Positions 21,101-30,369 of a stretch of 64,000 nt of DNA are shown one piece after another. The notes beneath the pieces were generated by a model, which saw nothing but the letters and a program-made list of their open reading frames with translations, had not been told where the DNA came from and ran no database searches. How positions within the stretch are numbered: the stretch's first letter is position 1; every line of letters begins with the position of its first letter. Source of the stretch: a virus; the IMG/VR virus record IMGVR_UViG_3300023174_000089, positions 1 through 64,000 of that record; one strand, given 5' to 3'. Made by a program: the position numbers and the translations under genes.

Positions 21101-21410
21101 TTGAACCGCTTTGATTTCTAATTATTCCATTGTCAAATGTGGCCGCAGAAGTTGTAACTCCAGCAGGAGTCGTGGCGTTTAACTTTAAGAAATATACATT
21201 CTGATTGATAGTTACTTTACCACCAGAAACAGGAGTATTTTGTGCAAAAATGGCATCAGCAAAACTTGTGATTTGATTTTGCAGAATGGTTTGTGATTGT
21301 GTTAATTCACGGGCTTGAACAGAATAACCTGGTTTAAAAAGAATTCGATGGTAGTTTTTAGTTACATCAAAGTCATCATAGTATGGGTCTACGTTAAAGT
21401 TAAGTGCCAT
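15165..21410 (-). CDS. Large virion structural protein, VrlC/DUF4815 type
   Basis: N-terminus FNVDPYYDDFD..KNYHRILFKPG.SVQARELTQ.Q; RFKNGILVDDF and DPVAQTF motifs; 2081 aa. Confidence 0.8.
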   Translation of the reverse strand: MALNFNVDPYYDDFDVTKNYHRILFKPGYSVQARELTQSQTILQNQITSFADAIFAQNTPVSGGKVTINQNVYFLKLNATTPAGVTTSAATFDNGIIRNQSGSIVAKVVAYAEATSTAAGVAGDLPTLMVTYITGSQFASGDTVYLNGSNYVATIITSSIGNEATGKGSVASISKGIFYVRGNFVTVSEDTIILSKYSANPSLRVGLNSTETIIDSNDDTTLLDPALNATNYQAPGADRYQITLALETRPLTLGDDDSFIELVRLSEGTVQKQVNGTVYSVIDDYFAKRTNDTNGDFIVNDYTLTPKANTVNSSKYDLGISKGISYVRGYRLENQSEVKLTNDRARAQDSVSNNPTFIDYGNYFFVNSANGVFDVTTLPSVDFHTVDKSSIVLTNEASYNSTKAATGYIRNMVYSSTSNTANGSAYVYKAYVFGLQNQTLTANVASNSANNTYITLPNTNQFSNVANAYYNVTVSIDKGTSAGDFRVITSYDAAAKVAYVDRPFTLSPTTSSQFTLRFDVTDIETIVKATSGTPYTVTANATIDTSSKATNDVLADTVLQNPNAPELLFNLGNEYVSYANNTSYVTTQVFRNVAFGISGGNIVATLTFGSAPVSTLAFLGSGTLSADAVSQNFQIIVTNPGSNAGLKVGQVVPWNILSRTCAITGAGSTATFTTPTSDLTAFTGTIIAKAFVKAGNDTSYIIKAKNLVTGNTTGVNLSGTTVNSYTSVDTNNGQVYITWQGIVNPGSPQKLYITDVKRIVKIIDTKAQGTFPTNAMLSDPSYDVTNRFTFDNGQRDSHYDFATVTLGIGQPAIKGNLLVVLDYYATTGGDGYYSVMSYLAPISSSPENYAQIPSYTSSTGNLYQLRDCLDFRPSLVNAQTNFTIRASSSGSGALGAYIPVDLSVFESDFGYYLARKDKLILTKDRSFEIIQGTPSSNPISPNEPDGALVIANLTHDPYTAYIPGEATGKLPNLSIERVKHKRWLMRDISDLESRVNNIEYYTALNVLEKGAASLQIPDSNGLNRFKNGILVDDFSSYASSDTSNLDYLVTVNRRTKQMTASQVVKNFPLQSISLIYNMGQLDSTSANNLGYNISTSGKSNFFTLSYTTANVITQQIASRTVNLNPFAVTLNSGVMDLTPPMDNWVDTEKAPDLLIVDPNLQVYRASDQVNVLQVGDWKTTVSTTTDNVIASGRNWRVNQVTTYTEQQQKTVLGKYDKLNSSYLETAGYITDVSILPYIRKQFLQFNTYGMLVNTDVHAYFDGILVDKYVRRPNILELINVTGSFVDGDIIGVYAGGNFTPYAKVISYYAYPGTTDVRLYVIGLEGMTFTAGVTLQNSKFNSSGQYQSTTASGKISSYTSISGILRSANSTTSIQLSASSATTDIYTGNTVYIINGTGAGQSAVISAFNTTTKTATLSSAITTTAGDIYSIGKLTTNEVGMLSGIFAIPGATFHTGQRAFRIDNRIAGNLDSATTFSEATFYASGLQTTKQGVNYASSIDSAKNTFTQTSTKTNQTSYNYTTVWDPVAQTFIIDKDNYPNGCFIDSVKFFFATKPSTGFAPVTLSIVGTVNGYPSGETLDHSQVTLTSEHIKTSNNPHYLDSNTYTVFKFPTPVYLEPNKLYAFILKCPTSNEYTIYTAQNGDTAISSSVKNLPTDPTPSTITKISSAPYVGSLFLSQNSQTWTADQNESMMFVVERCKFNVGTQPQIQFVVPKKLPYRKFVGQEIDYYLNANTISNLGTSFANTDISVDAFNVSTTDFIPGTTALSYQYSSTVKSSYTGAPAASVTPGKFGTPTYDDIYLNDGLGQRVLDANSNTSFSLFATMSSVNDAVSPVISDDGLSVYSITWNINNLGLSNNVITVASGGTGYNAQTVSVTVNSTDGYGTGATAVANVVGGVIDNVYITNSGSGYLTTPTITVTDNATRSGNSNASIIVAGETSKSGGNALAKYFTKKVVLNQGFDSGDLRVYFTAYRPVNTNIYVYYKILSRNDTQKFEDGNWQLMTLINNSDSLYSQTRDNTYEFVAAPGTLSKPQNYVSYTSGVTNQTYNNFSQFAIKIVLATSDNTFVPYLSDIRAIALPSAV

Positions 21411-21422
21411 TTTTTCTTTCCA

Positions 21423-22832
21423 TTAAAATCTTAACACAACACGGAATTGTTCAGTAGCATCACCACTTCTCTCAACTCCTGTTCTATTTTCTATGTAGGT
21501 CATATAACCGGAGTATATGATAAAGTCTGGTTCTGTTACTTGTAATAGGGTTCTAATGATAGCTTGTCCAGTCGATACACTTTCTTGCACAAGAACTTCA
21601 TTTAAAGATGGTGTTCCTGTTGTATTTATGACCTTTAGTATATTGGTTGCTGGGTTGAAACTAACAATTTTTGCTTTAAAGGTTGCTCGAGCCAGAGATG
21701 GTCCTTGATATAACACCTCACCACTACTATACGAACCTAGTCCAGAGGAAACAAATAGATGAATAGTGGCATCATATACCGTTTCTGTGGCATATGGAAT
21801 TCGTTTAGTCAAATTACTCTTAGAAAATGGATCTAATATCATTCCTAATTGTCTATAGGTAATATCGGTTGGTATTAAACCACCTTCACTACCATTAAAA
21901 TCTAGAGCCGTCATAACATGACTACATCCTAACTCTGATATAGGATCGAATCCGTGACCTCCTACTGGCGAAACAGGACTGATCGCAGTAGCAACTACAT
22001 TGGGTGTTGGATAACCTATCTCCGTTGTTATTACCGTTTCAGCATAGGTATACCCTTGACCAGTATTTGCCACAACGATATCGGTAATATATCCAGCCGA
22101 ATTAACTGTGGCGGTACCGTTGGCATTCTGGCCATCACCATTGATTGTGATTTTAACTCCGCCAGAAAAGTATCCACGACCAGTATTCGTCACATTAATA
22201 ACTTCTATATCACCATGAGTTGCATAAGTATCTACTGGATTTGGAATTCGTTCTCCAATAGGAACAGGCATCCAGTTTGCATCTAAAAACTTTTGCTTCT
22301 GACCAATGTTGATGGTATACATAAATTTCCATTTGTAACCATCAGCTGTTTTAACCAAGAATGTTTTATCGAATGTTCCAGGCAAAAATTCTGGTTCTAC
22401 TGTCGATGCTCCGTTATTATTGTTCCATAAACACTTAAACACCTGGTCAAAACGATTACGAATATAAAAATTCTTAGTTAGGATACCATTCGAATCAACA
22501 GTAAACATATCTTCTGTATCAGAATAAACATCATAAACTGTACCTGTTTTCCAGTCCCTTCTTGGTATTACTGGAGATATATCAGAAGATGTTACTTTTT
22601 TGGCTGCAATTATATTTTTAAAAACTTGTTTTAATGAATATTGATCCTGTTCAGGTACAGGAGGAGATTCTTCATCTGGCCAAGGATCAACCTGTCCAAT
22701 GAAAGCATACAAAGCATTCTGTAAAGAATTAAAAGAATTGGCTGTTGATGCTGGTGCATAGTAATATTGTAACACTTCATATATCTTACTGCCGTATATG
22801 AGTTGTGATGAGTTTGCTGTATAATTTGCCAT
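21423..22832 (-). CDS. gp8: Baseplate wedge subunit, T4 gp8-like
   Basis: IPRRDW..G.VYD, VFKCLWN, DGYKWKFMYTI, GGHGFD, SG...YIENR motifs; synteny. Confidence 0.8.
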   Translation of the reverse strand: MANYTANSSQLIYGSKIYEVLQYYYAPASTANSFNSLQNALYAFIGQVDPWPDEESPPVPEQDQYSLKQVFKNIIAAKKVTSSDISPVIPRRDWKTGTVYDVYSDTEDMFTVDSNGILTKNFYIRNRFDQVFKCLWNNNNGASTVEPEFLPGTFDKTFLVKTADGYKWKFMYTINIGQKQKFLDANWMPVPIGERIPNPVDTYATHGDIEVINVTNTGRGYFSGGVKITINGDGQNANGTATVNSAGYITDIVVANTGQGYTYAETVITTEIGYPTPNVVATAISPVSPVGGHGFDPISELGCSHVMTALDFNGSEGGLIPTDITYRQLGMILDPFSKSNLTKRIPYATETVYDATIHLFVSSGLGSYSSGEVLYQGPSLARATFKAKIVSFNPATNILKVINTTGTPSLNEVLVQESVSTGQAIIRTLLQVTEPDFIIYSGYMTYIENRTGVERSGDATEQFRVVLRF

Positions 22833-22842
22833 GATTTATTTA

Positions 22843-24885
22843 TTAAGCGTGTTGAACAGTAACAAAAGTATTTGCTAAATCACCATCAATGCTAAAGTAT
22901 CTTAGGTAAGCAGAACTTGTTGCTGGCATGGTAAACGTTGTAGAGTTTATGGTTGAATTTAGTGCTGAACAACCATGTGTAACTGTTCTTTGTGTGCCGC
23001 CAGTATTTGTTAACCAAACCTCAACAACTTTACCGTAAACAAAATTAGAAAGAGTAAATGTTAAATCTGCGGTAAGTGTGGCTCTAATTAATGATGTTGT
23101 TGAGAAGTTAATTGTAATAGCTGTTTGAGCACCTTGATAAATTGTTGGTACATAAATGAACCCTTTACTTGGTTGAATTGTACCAGTAAATTCAACGGAA
23201 TCAGCATTGAACGAAGCAATCTTTTGTATTGTATTCGAACCTGTCGGTGTATTCCAGAATTCGATACGGGTGCCACGGTTCGTATTACTAAAATTCTCAG
23301 CAGCCACCATATCAATCTTTGATGGGCTCGATGCTGGAAATTGTGTGCCAGTATAACCATTACCAGCAAAACGTAACAAAACATCATTGTTGGCTACAGC
23401 TGTAGGTGTGGCAGCTGACCCACGACCCATCCTACCTGTGTATAATGGATACGTATTTGTACCAAAGGAATCAGCAACAATTCGTGTTACAGAATTTGCT
23501 TTGCCTGTAACATGCAGCATGTAATTTGTATTTGATGGAGGTACTGTAACAAAACCATCACTGGCTGTAATACTAATTAAAGGAACACTTGTTGAGAAAG
23601 TGGAATTATTAACATGTAACCCACCTGTTGCATGTATTACACCTGGTGTAGTAAAACTTCCATCTAATCCAAATAAAAAATCTTGTGTATTTGCTTGAAT
23701 TCCAAAAGCATAATTAGATGAAATCATAAAAACGGCAGGACTTGCCATTGGTGCCGAATTAAATTCTGTATTTGCTATTGTGATACTAACAGGAACAGAT
23801 AAACTTCCATCTTCTCCAAAATTGAATTGTTTTTGAACACCATCTGTATCAGTTTGTATTTGAACACCGGCAACCGATCCAATAAAGAGGTCATCAGTTG
23901 CCTGTATAGAAGCAGTACCATCAAAATTTAAATCACCAGTAATGGTTAATGTGCCACCAAAAATGCCTGTTGTGTTGGCTAAAGCATTGTTTGCTTTGTT
24001 GAATGCAGCCCAAGCATGATTATTGGCGGTTGTAATATTAGTATTTTGAGTGGTATTTACACCTTGAATAATGGTAATATTACCAGAGTTTGTGTTGGCT
24101 AAATTAAAAGCCGCCTGAGATTTAACATTGGCTGCTGTAATTTCTGTATTTTGTTTAACATCAACACCTTGAATTACAGTTATGTTATTACCATGTGTGT
24201 TGGCTTGATTGTAAATGGTTGCAACATAATTGTTCAAATCAATGGCAAAATTGTATGCTGAATTGGCTTGATTGAATATGACTTGTGAATGTGCTGCAGA
24301 AACGGCTGCTGTATTTTGTGTTGTTGCATCAGCAAATGTAAGTGGTTTTGATTTGAGAGCAAATCCATTTTTATTAAAACGTGCTGCCTCATTTGCTCTT
24401 AATGTACCACCTAAAAATACAACAACATCAGTATTGGCTTGACCTGTACCTATCCATAAATTTCCATTTGGTGAACCTGGTTTACCTTGAACATACAAAT
24501 AACCATCATTGTTTGCCAAATTGAAGTCGTTACAAGCCGCCATGGCTGAACCTTGAATACCCAAATCAATGTAGTTATTAGCATTATCACCATTATCAGA
24601 AGTAATTACGAAATCACCAGATCCTTTTTCATTAATATTTTGAACCCAAATTTGAGAGTATTGTGCCGTATTTGAAATAAACTGTGCAACAACATTTGGG
24701 TTTAAATTTTCTTGAGAAGTTCCGACATTTAATACATTATCTTCATAGAGAGCACCAGCAAGAGTAGTCGTAGAAAACTGTCCTGTTGTATTGGTTGTTT
24801 TATCTACCGCAACAAATATGGTATTGGCATTATTAGCCGATAGATGTGTGATAATAGGAAGTTGTGATATTTTTACTGTTGCCAT
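22843..24885 (-). CDS. Baseplate-attached fibre-like protein
   Basis: MATVKISQLP N-terminus, IQGVNTTQNTNIT repeats, beta-rich C-terminus; lies between gp7 and gp8. Confidence 0.6.
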   Translation of the reverse strand: MATVKISQLPIITHLSANNANTIFVAVDKTTNTTGQFSTTTLAGALYEDNVLNVGTSQENLNPNVVAQFISNTAQYSQIWVQNINEKGSGDFVITSDNGDNANNYIDLGIQGSAMAACNDFNLANNDGYLYVQGKPGSPNGNLWIGTGQANTDVVVFLGGTLRANEAARFNKNGFALKSKPLTFADATTQNTAAVSAAHSQVIFNQANSAYNFAIDLNNYVATIYNQANTHGNNITVIQGVDVKQNTEITAANVKSQAAFNLANTNSGNITIIQGVNTTQNTNITTANNHAWAAFNKANNALANTTGIFGGTLTITGDLNFDGTASIQATDDLFIGSVAGVQIQTDTDGVQKQFNFGEDGSLSVPVSITIANTEFNSAPMASPAVFMISSNYAFGIQANTQDFLFGLDGSFTTPGVIHATGGLHVNNSTFSTSVPLISITASDGFVTVPPSNTNYMLHVTGKANSVTRIVADSFGTNTYPLYTGRMGRGSAATPTAVANNDVLLRFAGNGYTGTQFPASSPSKIDMVAAENFSNTNRGTRIEFWNTPTGSNTIQKIASFNADSVEFTGTIQPSKGFIYVPTIYQGAQTAITINFSTTSLIRATLTADLTFTLSNFVYGKVVEVWLTNTGGTQRTVTHGCSALNSTINSTTFTMPATSSAYLRYFSIDGDLANTFVTVQHA

Positions 24886-24888
24886 TTT

Positions 24889-27798
24889 TTACCCTATGAT
24901 TAGATAAGTTCCTTGTTCTGTAATAATATTATCGCCGGTTTCTGTTGCCAATAATGGATAATCATATACAAATACTTGGCCATATATTATTGCAACTTGC
25001 GTATTAGCATTCTTGTTTACTGTTATTCTAGAATTACCTGATGGTCCAAATGAACTATTGGCCACAGATATATTACCGTTGGCAAATACTCTGGTGACCT
25101 TATAATATGGCCCACCATTCAATGAAACTTGGTCTCCAACGTAAATGATATTATTTGCTGGTGTTTTTCTGTCAAAATTACCATCATATTGGCCTGTAAC
25201 TGATGTTATATTTATGACGTTTGAGGACGCATTTGCATACCCAAAAGCTACATTTGCAAAAGTTAGGAATACATTGTCATCAATTGTCAGTTTGTTATTT
25301 ACATAATCAACGTCAGTAATTAAAGAATATACTTTCACGTTATTACTGGCATCAAATTTTATATAATCATTAGCAAATATAGTATTACCAATGTTACCAG
25401 ATATAACATTGTTGACTTTAATAACATTTGTGCTGATGATATTGGTAGATGTATTAACTTCCAAAGTCAAATAAGCTGCTCCGCCAGCTACATATTCTAA
25501 TGTATATCCTTTTTGAAGTCCTGTGTCCGTACCAAGGTTAAATGAATTGGAAGTTCTTATTAAGTTTCTGCCAATCAACTTTGAACCAGACGGATGTAAT
25601 AAGTTCAGTATTAAATCTTTATATGACTTTAGAGCTTTTTCTACAGACAGAACGTAAGTATACTTGTTATAATTCAAACTCTGTAATACGAGGCCGAGAG
25701 AAGAAGGTTGACCATCTTCGTTTAGATATACACCTTGACCAACAATGAGGCCATTTAAAAATGAAGCATTTGCCTTGGCATTTCCATCACCATACTGAAT
25801 AAAACTAGAAGAAACTCCTGCCTTATTGATTAATACTGGTTGAGGAGTAAAACTCAATTGTGTTGTTGTGTTACCAACCTCTCGATCAACTTTTAAATCT
25901 ACACTTTCTGTAAAATTTCCAGAATAGTCATATACTCTTAACCTATAGATATCATTTTGTGTATTTCCTGTAACGTCAAAAGATGTTCGAGTGAAAGAAT
26001 AGACATTAGCAGAATAAGTTGAAGATAAGTATGTATTACCTTGATAGATAATGTCACCAGGAACAATTGAATTTGATCCCGATACATTACTTAGAGCCAA
26101 ATCTTGAACATTCAAATATACTTTTGGTGCAGAAATGTAATCTTCACCTGGATTTATAATGTTGATTGTTGATATTTGTCCAATACGGTCTGTCGTAGGT
26201 GATAAAATAGCTCCGTCACCCATAATTCCTGTGATTGACAATTCAGCATCTGTTCCGTATTGTGTATTTATTATAACTTTTGGTAAATCTCTAGTAACAT
26301 ATCCACATCCACCTAAAGGATAAGTTACTTTTGTATTATTATTGGCAAAAACATAAGGCACACTAACGATTGTTCCTGTTGCATTGACTACGATGTTTGC
26401 GAATGCTCCCTCTCCTGTGCCACCAACAATTGTAATCGTATCATTATTTCCATAACCAGTTCCACCATTTACAATTTTAATTGGCTGTAAAATGCCAAGA
26501 TTTTTCAAGTCACTTTGACCAACATCTGTTGTGTATAGTGATATTGCTGTTACGTTTGGTGTCTTAGTATATCCAGCACCTTGATTTGTAATCTTCACAG
26601 AACCTATTGGTCCAACTGTGAAAGAAGTGAATGTGAAAGCATCAACTAATCTTGAATTAGTATTAGTTACACCAGGATTGGCAAAAATTGAATATGTTTG
26701 TGCTGATGTTGAATTACCAATCACCACATTCTTGGCAATACCTATAGAATTATTTACAATATAAGAAACGTTTGATAACTTTTCATTATCTAATAAATTA
26801 ATTTCTGCTCGTGCCGATGCATCAGCTGTACCTGTGAAAACGATACTAGAATTTGGTGGCAATCGATAACCATTTGAACCATCTGTAACAACAATAGTTG
26901 CAATACTACCTTTAGTGGTTTGACCAACCAAAGCTTCTGCACCAACAGGATTTTGTACATCAGTATTCAATCCACCAAAAACAATAACTGGATCACCAGT
27001 TTCATAGAATTGTCCACGATCTTTAGAGTTTATTCTTATTGATGAAACGACACCAATAATTTTTCCTCTTAATGTTGTGGCACTTTCTGGTATGGATACA
27101 CCTTGATTTTGAATGTATACTTTATTATTATAAAAATAAACATCCAAATTATTGTTATCGACTACACGAACAAATTCTCCAGAATTGAATAGTCGTTGTA
27201 TATTTGATATAAAGACTTCAGTTTTTGAACCAGTAACACTTGAATAGTCGATTGTTGCATATGATTTTGTAGTTTCACCAAAAATTCTTAGATTGTTAAT
27301 TAACAACCAATTTGGATTTAAAGAATCTATTCTTAGTGATTTCGTAATAACCCATTTACCATCTGATGCTTTTAAAATGGTATCAGATGTATTGAATATC
27401 TCTGCACTTGAATTATATAAGGCTCTGAATAAAAATTTGTAAGAATTTTCTGTGCCTTTGGTGTTGTATAACTCTTTTGATATTTTTAATAATTTTCTCT
27501 TATCAGTTAAGGCTTCTTTTGGCACATAAGGTAGAAAATCATTAATAAAATAATCAACAAACTCATCTAGTGTATTGTCTACATCAGAATAGTTTAATAA
27601 ATTTTTAGATGCATGGGTTACACCTTGATTGGTTGAAGTAACCATAGTGTTGGAAGCATTAGCACTATATGACGCTTCCATCCATTGATAATATGCTTCT
27701 ATAAAAGCAACAAAATTTTGATAGCTCGCTTCATCCTGAATAAATTCAGGAAGTTGTTTGACTATTTGTAATGATGTTTTATAATTATTAGAAATCAT
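24889..27798 (-). CDS. gp7: Baseplate wedge subunit, T4 gp7-like
   Basis: QLPEFI...F..FIEAYYQWME, LY..KGT..SYKFLFR.LY, LLHPSG motifs; follows gp6. Confidence 0.7.
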   Translation of the reverse strand: MISNNYKTSLQIVKQLPEFIQDEASYQNFVAFIEAYYQWMEASYSANASNTMVTSTNQGVTHASKNLLNYSDVDNTLDEFVDYFINDFLPYVPKEALTDKRKLLKISKELYNTKGTENSYKFLFRALYNSSAEIFNTSDTILKASDGKWVITKSLRIDSLNPNWLLINNLRIFGETTKSYATIDYSSVTGSKTEVFISNIQRLFNSGEFVRVVDNNNLDVYFYNNKVYIQNQGVSIPESATTLRGKIIGVVSSIRINSKDRGQFYETGDPVIVFGGLNTDVQNPVGAEALVGQTTKGSIATIVVTDGSNGYRLPPNSSIVFTGTADASARAEINLLDNEKLSNVSYIVNNSIGIAKNVVIGNSTSAQTYSIFANPGVTNTNSRLVDAFTFTSFTVGPIGSVKITNQGAGYTKTPNVTAISLYTTDVGQSDLKNLGILQPIKIVNGGTGYGNNDTITIVGGTGEGAFANIVVNATGTIVSVPYVFANNNTKVTYPLGGCGYVTRDLPKVIINTQYGTDAELSITGIMGDGAILSPTTDRIGQISTINIINPGEDYISAPKVYLNVQDLALSNVSGSNSIVPGDIIYQGNTYLSSTYSANVYSFTRTSFDVTGNTQNDIYRLRVYDYSGNFTESVDLKVDREVGNTTTQLSFTPQPVLINKAGVSSSFIQYGDGNAKANASFLNGLIVGQGVYLNEDGQPSSLGLVLQSLNYNKYTYVLSVEKALKSYKDLILNLLHPSGSKLIGRNLIRTSNSFNLGTDTGLQKGYTLEYVAGGAAYLTLEVNTSTNIISTNVIKVNNVISGNIGNTIFANDYIKFDASNNVKVYSLITDVDYVNNKLTIDDNVFLTFANVAFGYANASSNVINITSVTGQYDGNFDRKTPANNIIYVGDQVSLNGGPYYKVTRVFANGNISVANSSFGPSGNSRITVNKNANTQVAIIYGQVFVYDYPLLATETGDNIITEQGTYLIIG

Positions 27799-27801
27799 TT
27801 A

Positions 27802-29874
27802 TTAGCTTTTTGCTATAATGTTTACTTCTACTGCTGACTGGTCTGTATTATCTAGTGTGATAATTTTATCTCTATCAGAAGAAATGATAGTAGAATTTGG
27901 AATAGCCTGTAGAGTTAATATACCTAATGGGTTATTTACCTGAGAAGGATTGAAATCTGTCAGTTCTACTATTCCGTTTTCATAATCTACAGTACCAGCA
28001 TTGGCATTTAAAATTGTTTTAACACCATCACTAAAATAATATGTTCTTAGTGTTCCTTTATTACCAGCTAACACAGCTAAAGCAGAACACAAAGCACCAT
28101 TACCATCAGCCGATGTAATTTCTATTAAGGCCTGAGTGTAGTTTATACCAGGATTAGTTATTGTAATTTTATTAACTTGACCATTTACAACAGTTGCTTT
28201 TGCTGTTGCACCTGAACCATCACCAATAATTGTAACTATGGGTGCCGATGTATAACCAAATCCAGGATTAACAATCGTAATAGAATCTAAGAATGTTGTT
28301 CCTGATGGAGTTTCTTCCAAATATACAGAATTTCTAACGATGCTATTATTTTTTACATCAATTACTTGAAAGGTAGGAGTAATACTAATACTTTTTGAGA
28401 AAATATCTTTCTTTAAGGCTGTACCAAATTTAAATGTATATGTTGTCGAATTGAATAGATTAGGTGCAAATCGTTTTTGTAAAACAAGTGAAGCATCATT
28501 TGTTATAAATGATTGATTTACTGATTGAACTGTTGTTATAAGTGATGACAATTGAAACGTTGAATTAAATTTATTCAAGGTATTGGTTGCAAATGATTGT
28601 ATGCCATTAAATACCTGTGTTTTCAATTGTGCCGTCGACAATGATGTGAGTTTTGGATTATAATAAACATTTGATATAATTTTCAAATAAGTATAGTCGA
28701 CATCTATAATTTTTGGTTTGATTGTCAATACCGATATTGGTTTAATAATTCTTTCTTCAATAATATTTTTCTGTGTTTGTGTTAATGTATAACCACCTTT
28801 TGGTTTAATGGCAATAAAGATGGTACCGTAAACAGGAGGATCATTTTCTTCTCCACCCCACACATTAACAGCATCTACTGGAAATATACCAGCATTATTT
28901 TGAATCAAATAAATGTAATCTTCTTTTGTTACTGCACGACCTTGTGCTGAGTATGATTTTGGTGCGGTGTATTTAATTGATTCGATACTTTCTCTGGCTG
29001 AACCTTGAGTTGCAGATGTTAGAGGAAATACTGTTGTGTTTGAGTATCCAGAAACAGCATCCATCAATACGAAATTGTTGGCTCCTGTTGAACTGGTGCC
29101 ACTTGTTACAATGTATGAAACAGTTACAATATTACCATCAGTGATTGCTTTACCTAAAATACCATCACCAAAATAAACTTGATAATAACCATTGATACCT
29201 TCTTGTAAGAAATATACAGCAGAAGTTGAATCAAGGCTCAAGTAGTCGGTTGCTAGATTGTAAATTTCAAAAGCAGTATTCGAACCACTTTGTTGAACCG
29301 ATACTGTGAGAGATGATGTGTCGATGTTTGTATCTGGTAATTCAAATATTGCTGATGGATTGGCAGCAGAATCATAAGTATAATTTAAAGTAATTGGCTC
29401 ACCTTGTTTGATTACTAGATTTGAAAATGTTATCGAGTTAGAAAAGGTATTTGTATTTTCTGTGGTTGAATTAACAGTTACAAATTTGTAATTCACACCA
29501 TCAATAGCTTCAGACATGAATGTGGTAAATTTGGGTATTGTTAAAGACGAATCAGTTACCTGATTAAATCTGATATTAATCGTGGCTGAAGGAGCTGATG
29601 CTGATTTAGGAACATAGTTTAAAAGTTTTGCATGAGAAACAACTGATGACCTCTGTAATGCTGAATCTAAAAACATTTCATTAGCAACCATGTTCAAATA
29701 ATAAGCATTATATTGAGTATTGTAGGCAAGAACATCTAACAAAGTAGAAAGAGCTGAACCTTCATAGTTGTAATCTTTTAATGTGTCTTGAGATTGCAGA
29801 TATTTTTTAAGATTTGTTTTGATTGTATTGAAATCTAAATCTGTAATCTGAATATTGGATTTATTTCCAGCCAT
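27802..29874 (-). CDS. gp6: Baseplate wedge subunit gp6
   Basis: LDFNTIK.NL..YL, DYNYEGS.LS.LLDVLAYNT.YNA, QGRAVT..DY, WGGEENDPP.YG motifs. Confidence 0.92.
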   Translation of the reverse strand: MAGNKSNIQITDLDFNTIKTNLKKYLQSQDTLKDYNYEGSALSTLLDVLAYNTQYNAYYLNMVANEMFLDSALQRSSVVSHAKLLNYVPKSASAPSATINIRFNQVTDSSLTIPKFTTFMSEAIDGVNYKFVTVNSTTENTNTFSNSITFSNLVIKQGEPITLNYTYDSAANPSAIFELPDTNIDTSSLTVSVQQSGSNTAFEIYNLATDYLSLDSTSAVYFLQEGINGYYQVYFGDGILGKAITDGNIVTVSYIVTSGTSSTGANNFVLMDAVSGYSNTTVFPLTSATQGSARESIESIKYTAPKSYSAQGRAVTKEDYIYLIQNNAGIFPVDAVNVWGGEENDPPVYGTIFIAIKPKGGYTLTQTQKNIIEERIIKPISVLTIKPKIIDVDYTYLKIISNVYYNPKLTSLSTAQLKTQVFNGIQSFATNTLNKFNSTFQLSSLITTVQSVNQSFITNDASLVLQKRFAPNLFNSTTYTFKFGTALKKDIFSKSISITPTFQVIDVKNNSIVRNSVYLEETPSGTTFLDSITIVNPGFGYTSAPIVTIIGDGSGATAKATVVNGQVNKITITNPGINYTQALIEITSADGNGALCSALAVLAGNKGTLRTYYFSDGVKTILNANAGTVDYENGIVELTDFNPSQVNNPLGILTLQAIPNSTIISSDRDKIITLDNTDQSAVEVNIIAKS

Positions 29875-29875
29875 T

Positions 29876-30268
29876 TTATCTATTTCTTTCTAGAAGTAAT
29901 GTTACTGATGTTGGTAATGTAGCATTTTCAATATAAAAGCTAATGGTAACATCATAGGAATTTTTATCAGGATAAGGAACTATTGTAATTTCTTTAAGTT
30001 TAGCTCTCTTTTCATAATTCTTTATTACCAATTCAACCTCTTTTTCTAAACTGGTTGCAGTTACAGGTGTTATTGGTTCAAATAGTATTGCATCGATATT
30101 TGATCCAATTTCTGGATTGAAAGGTCTTTCGTAATGCTTAGTTAATAAGAGGTTGCGAATGGAACGAACAACAGCTAATTCATCATAACTAAGAGCAACG
30201 TCACCAACTACCGGCTTTTTGGTAAATGTGAAGTCGATGTCGGAGTATATCTTTGTTAGGTTTGCCAT
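29876..30268 (-). CDS. gp25: Baseplate wedge subunit gp25
   Basis: YSDIDF.F, AV.RSIRNLLLT..YERPF.P.IGS, LFE, I.NYE.R motifs. Confidence 0.9.
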   Translation of the reverse strand: MANLTKIYSDIDFTFTKKPVVGDVALSYDELAVVRSIRNLLLTKHYERPFNPEIGSNIDAILFEPITPVTATSLEKEVELVIKNYEKRAKLKEITIVPYPDKNSYDVTISFYIENATLPTSVTLLLERNR

Positions 30269-30369
30269 CTTTTATTTATTACGCTTCAGGAGTAAAATGC
30301 GCAATTTGGAATTTGAAAAGCGCAGGAAAAAATTTTTGGGCCGGATTGCAAAATTTCAAATTTTTCATT

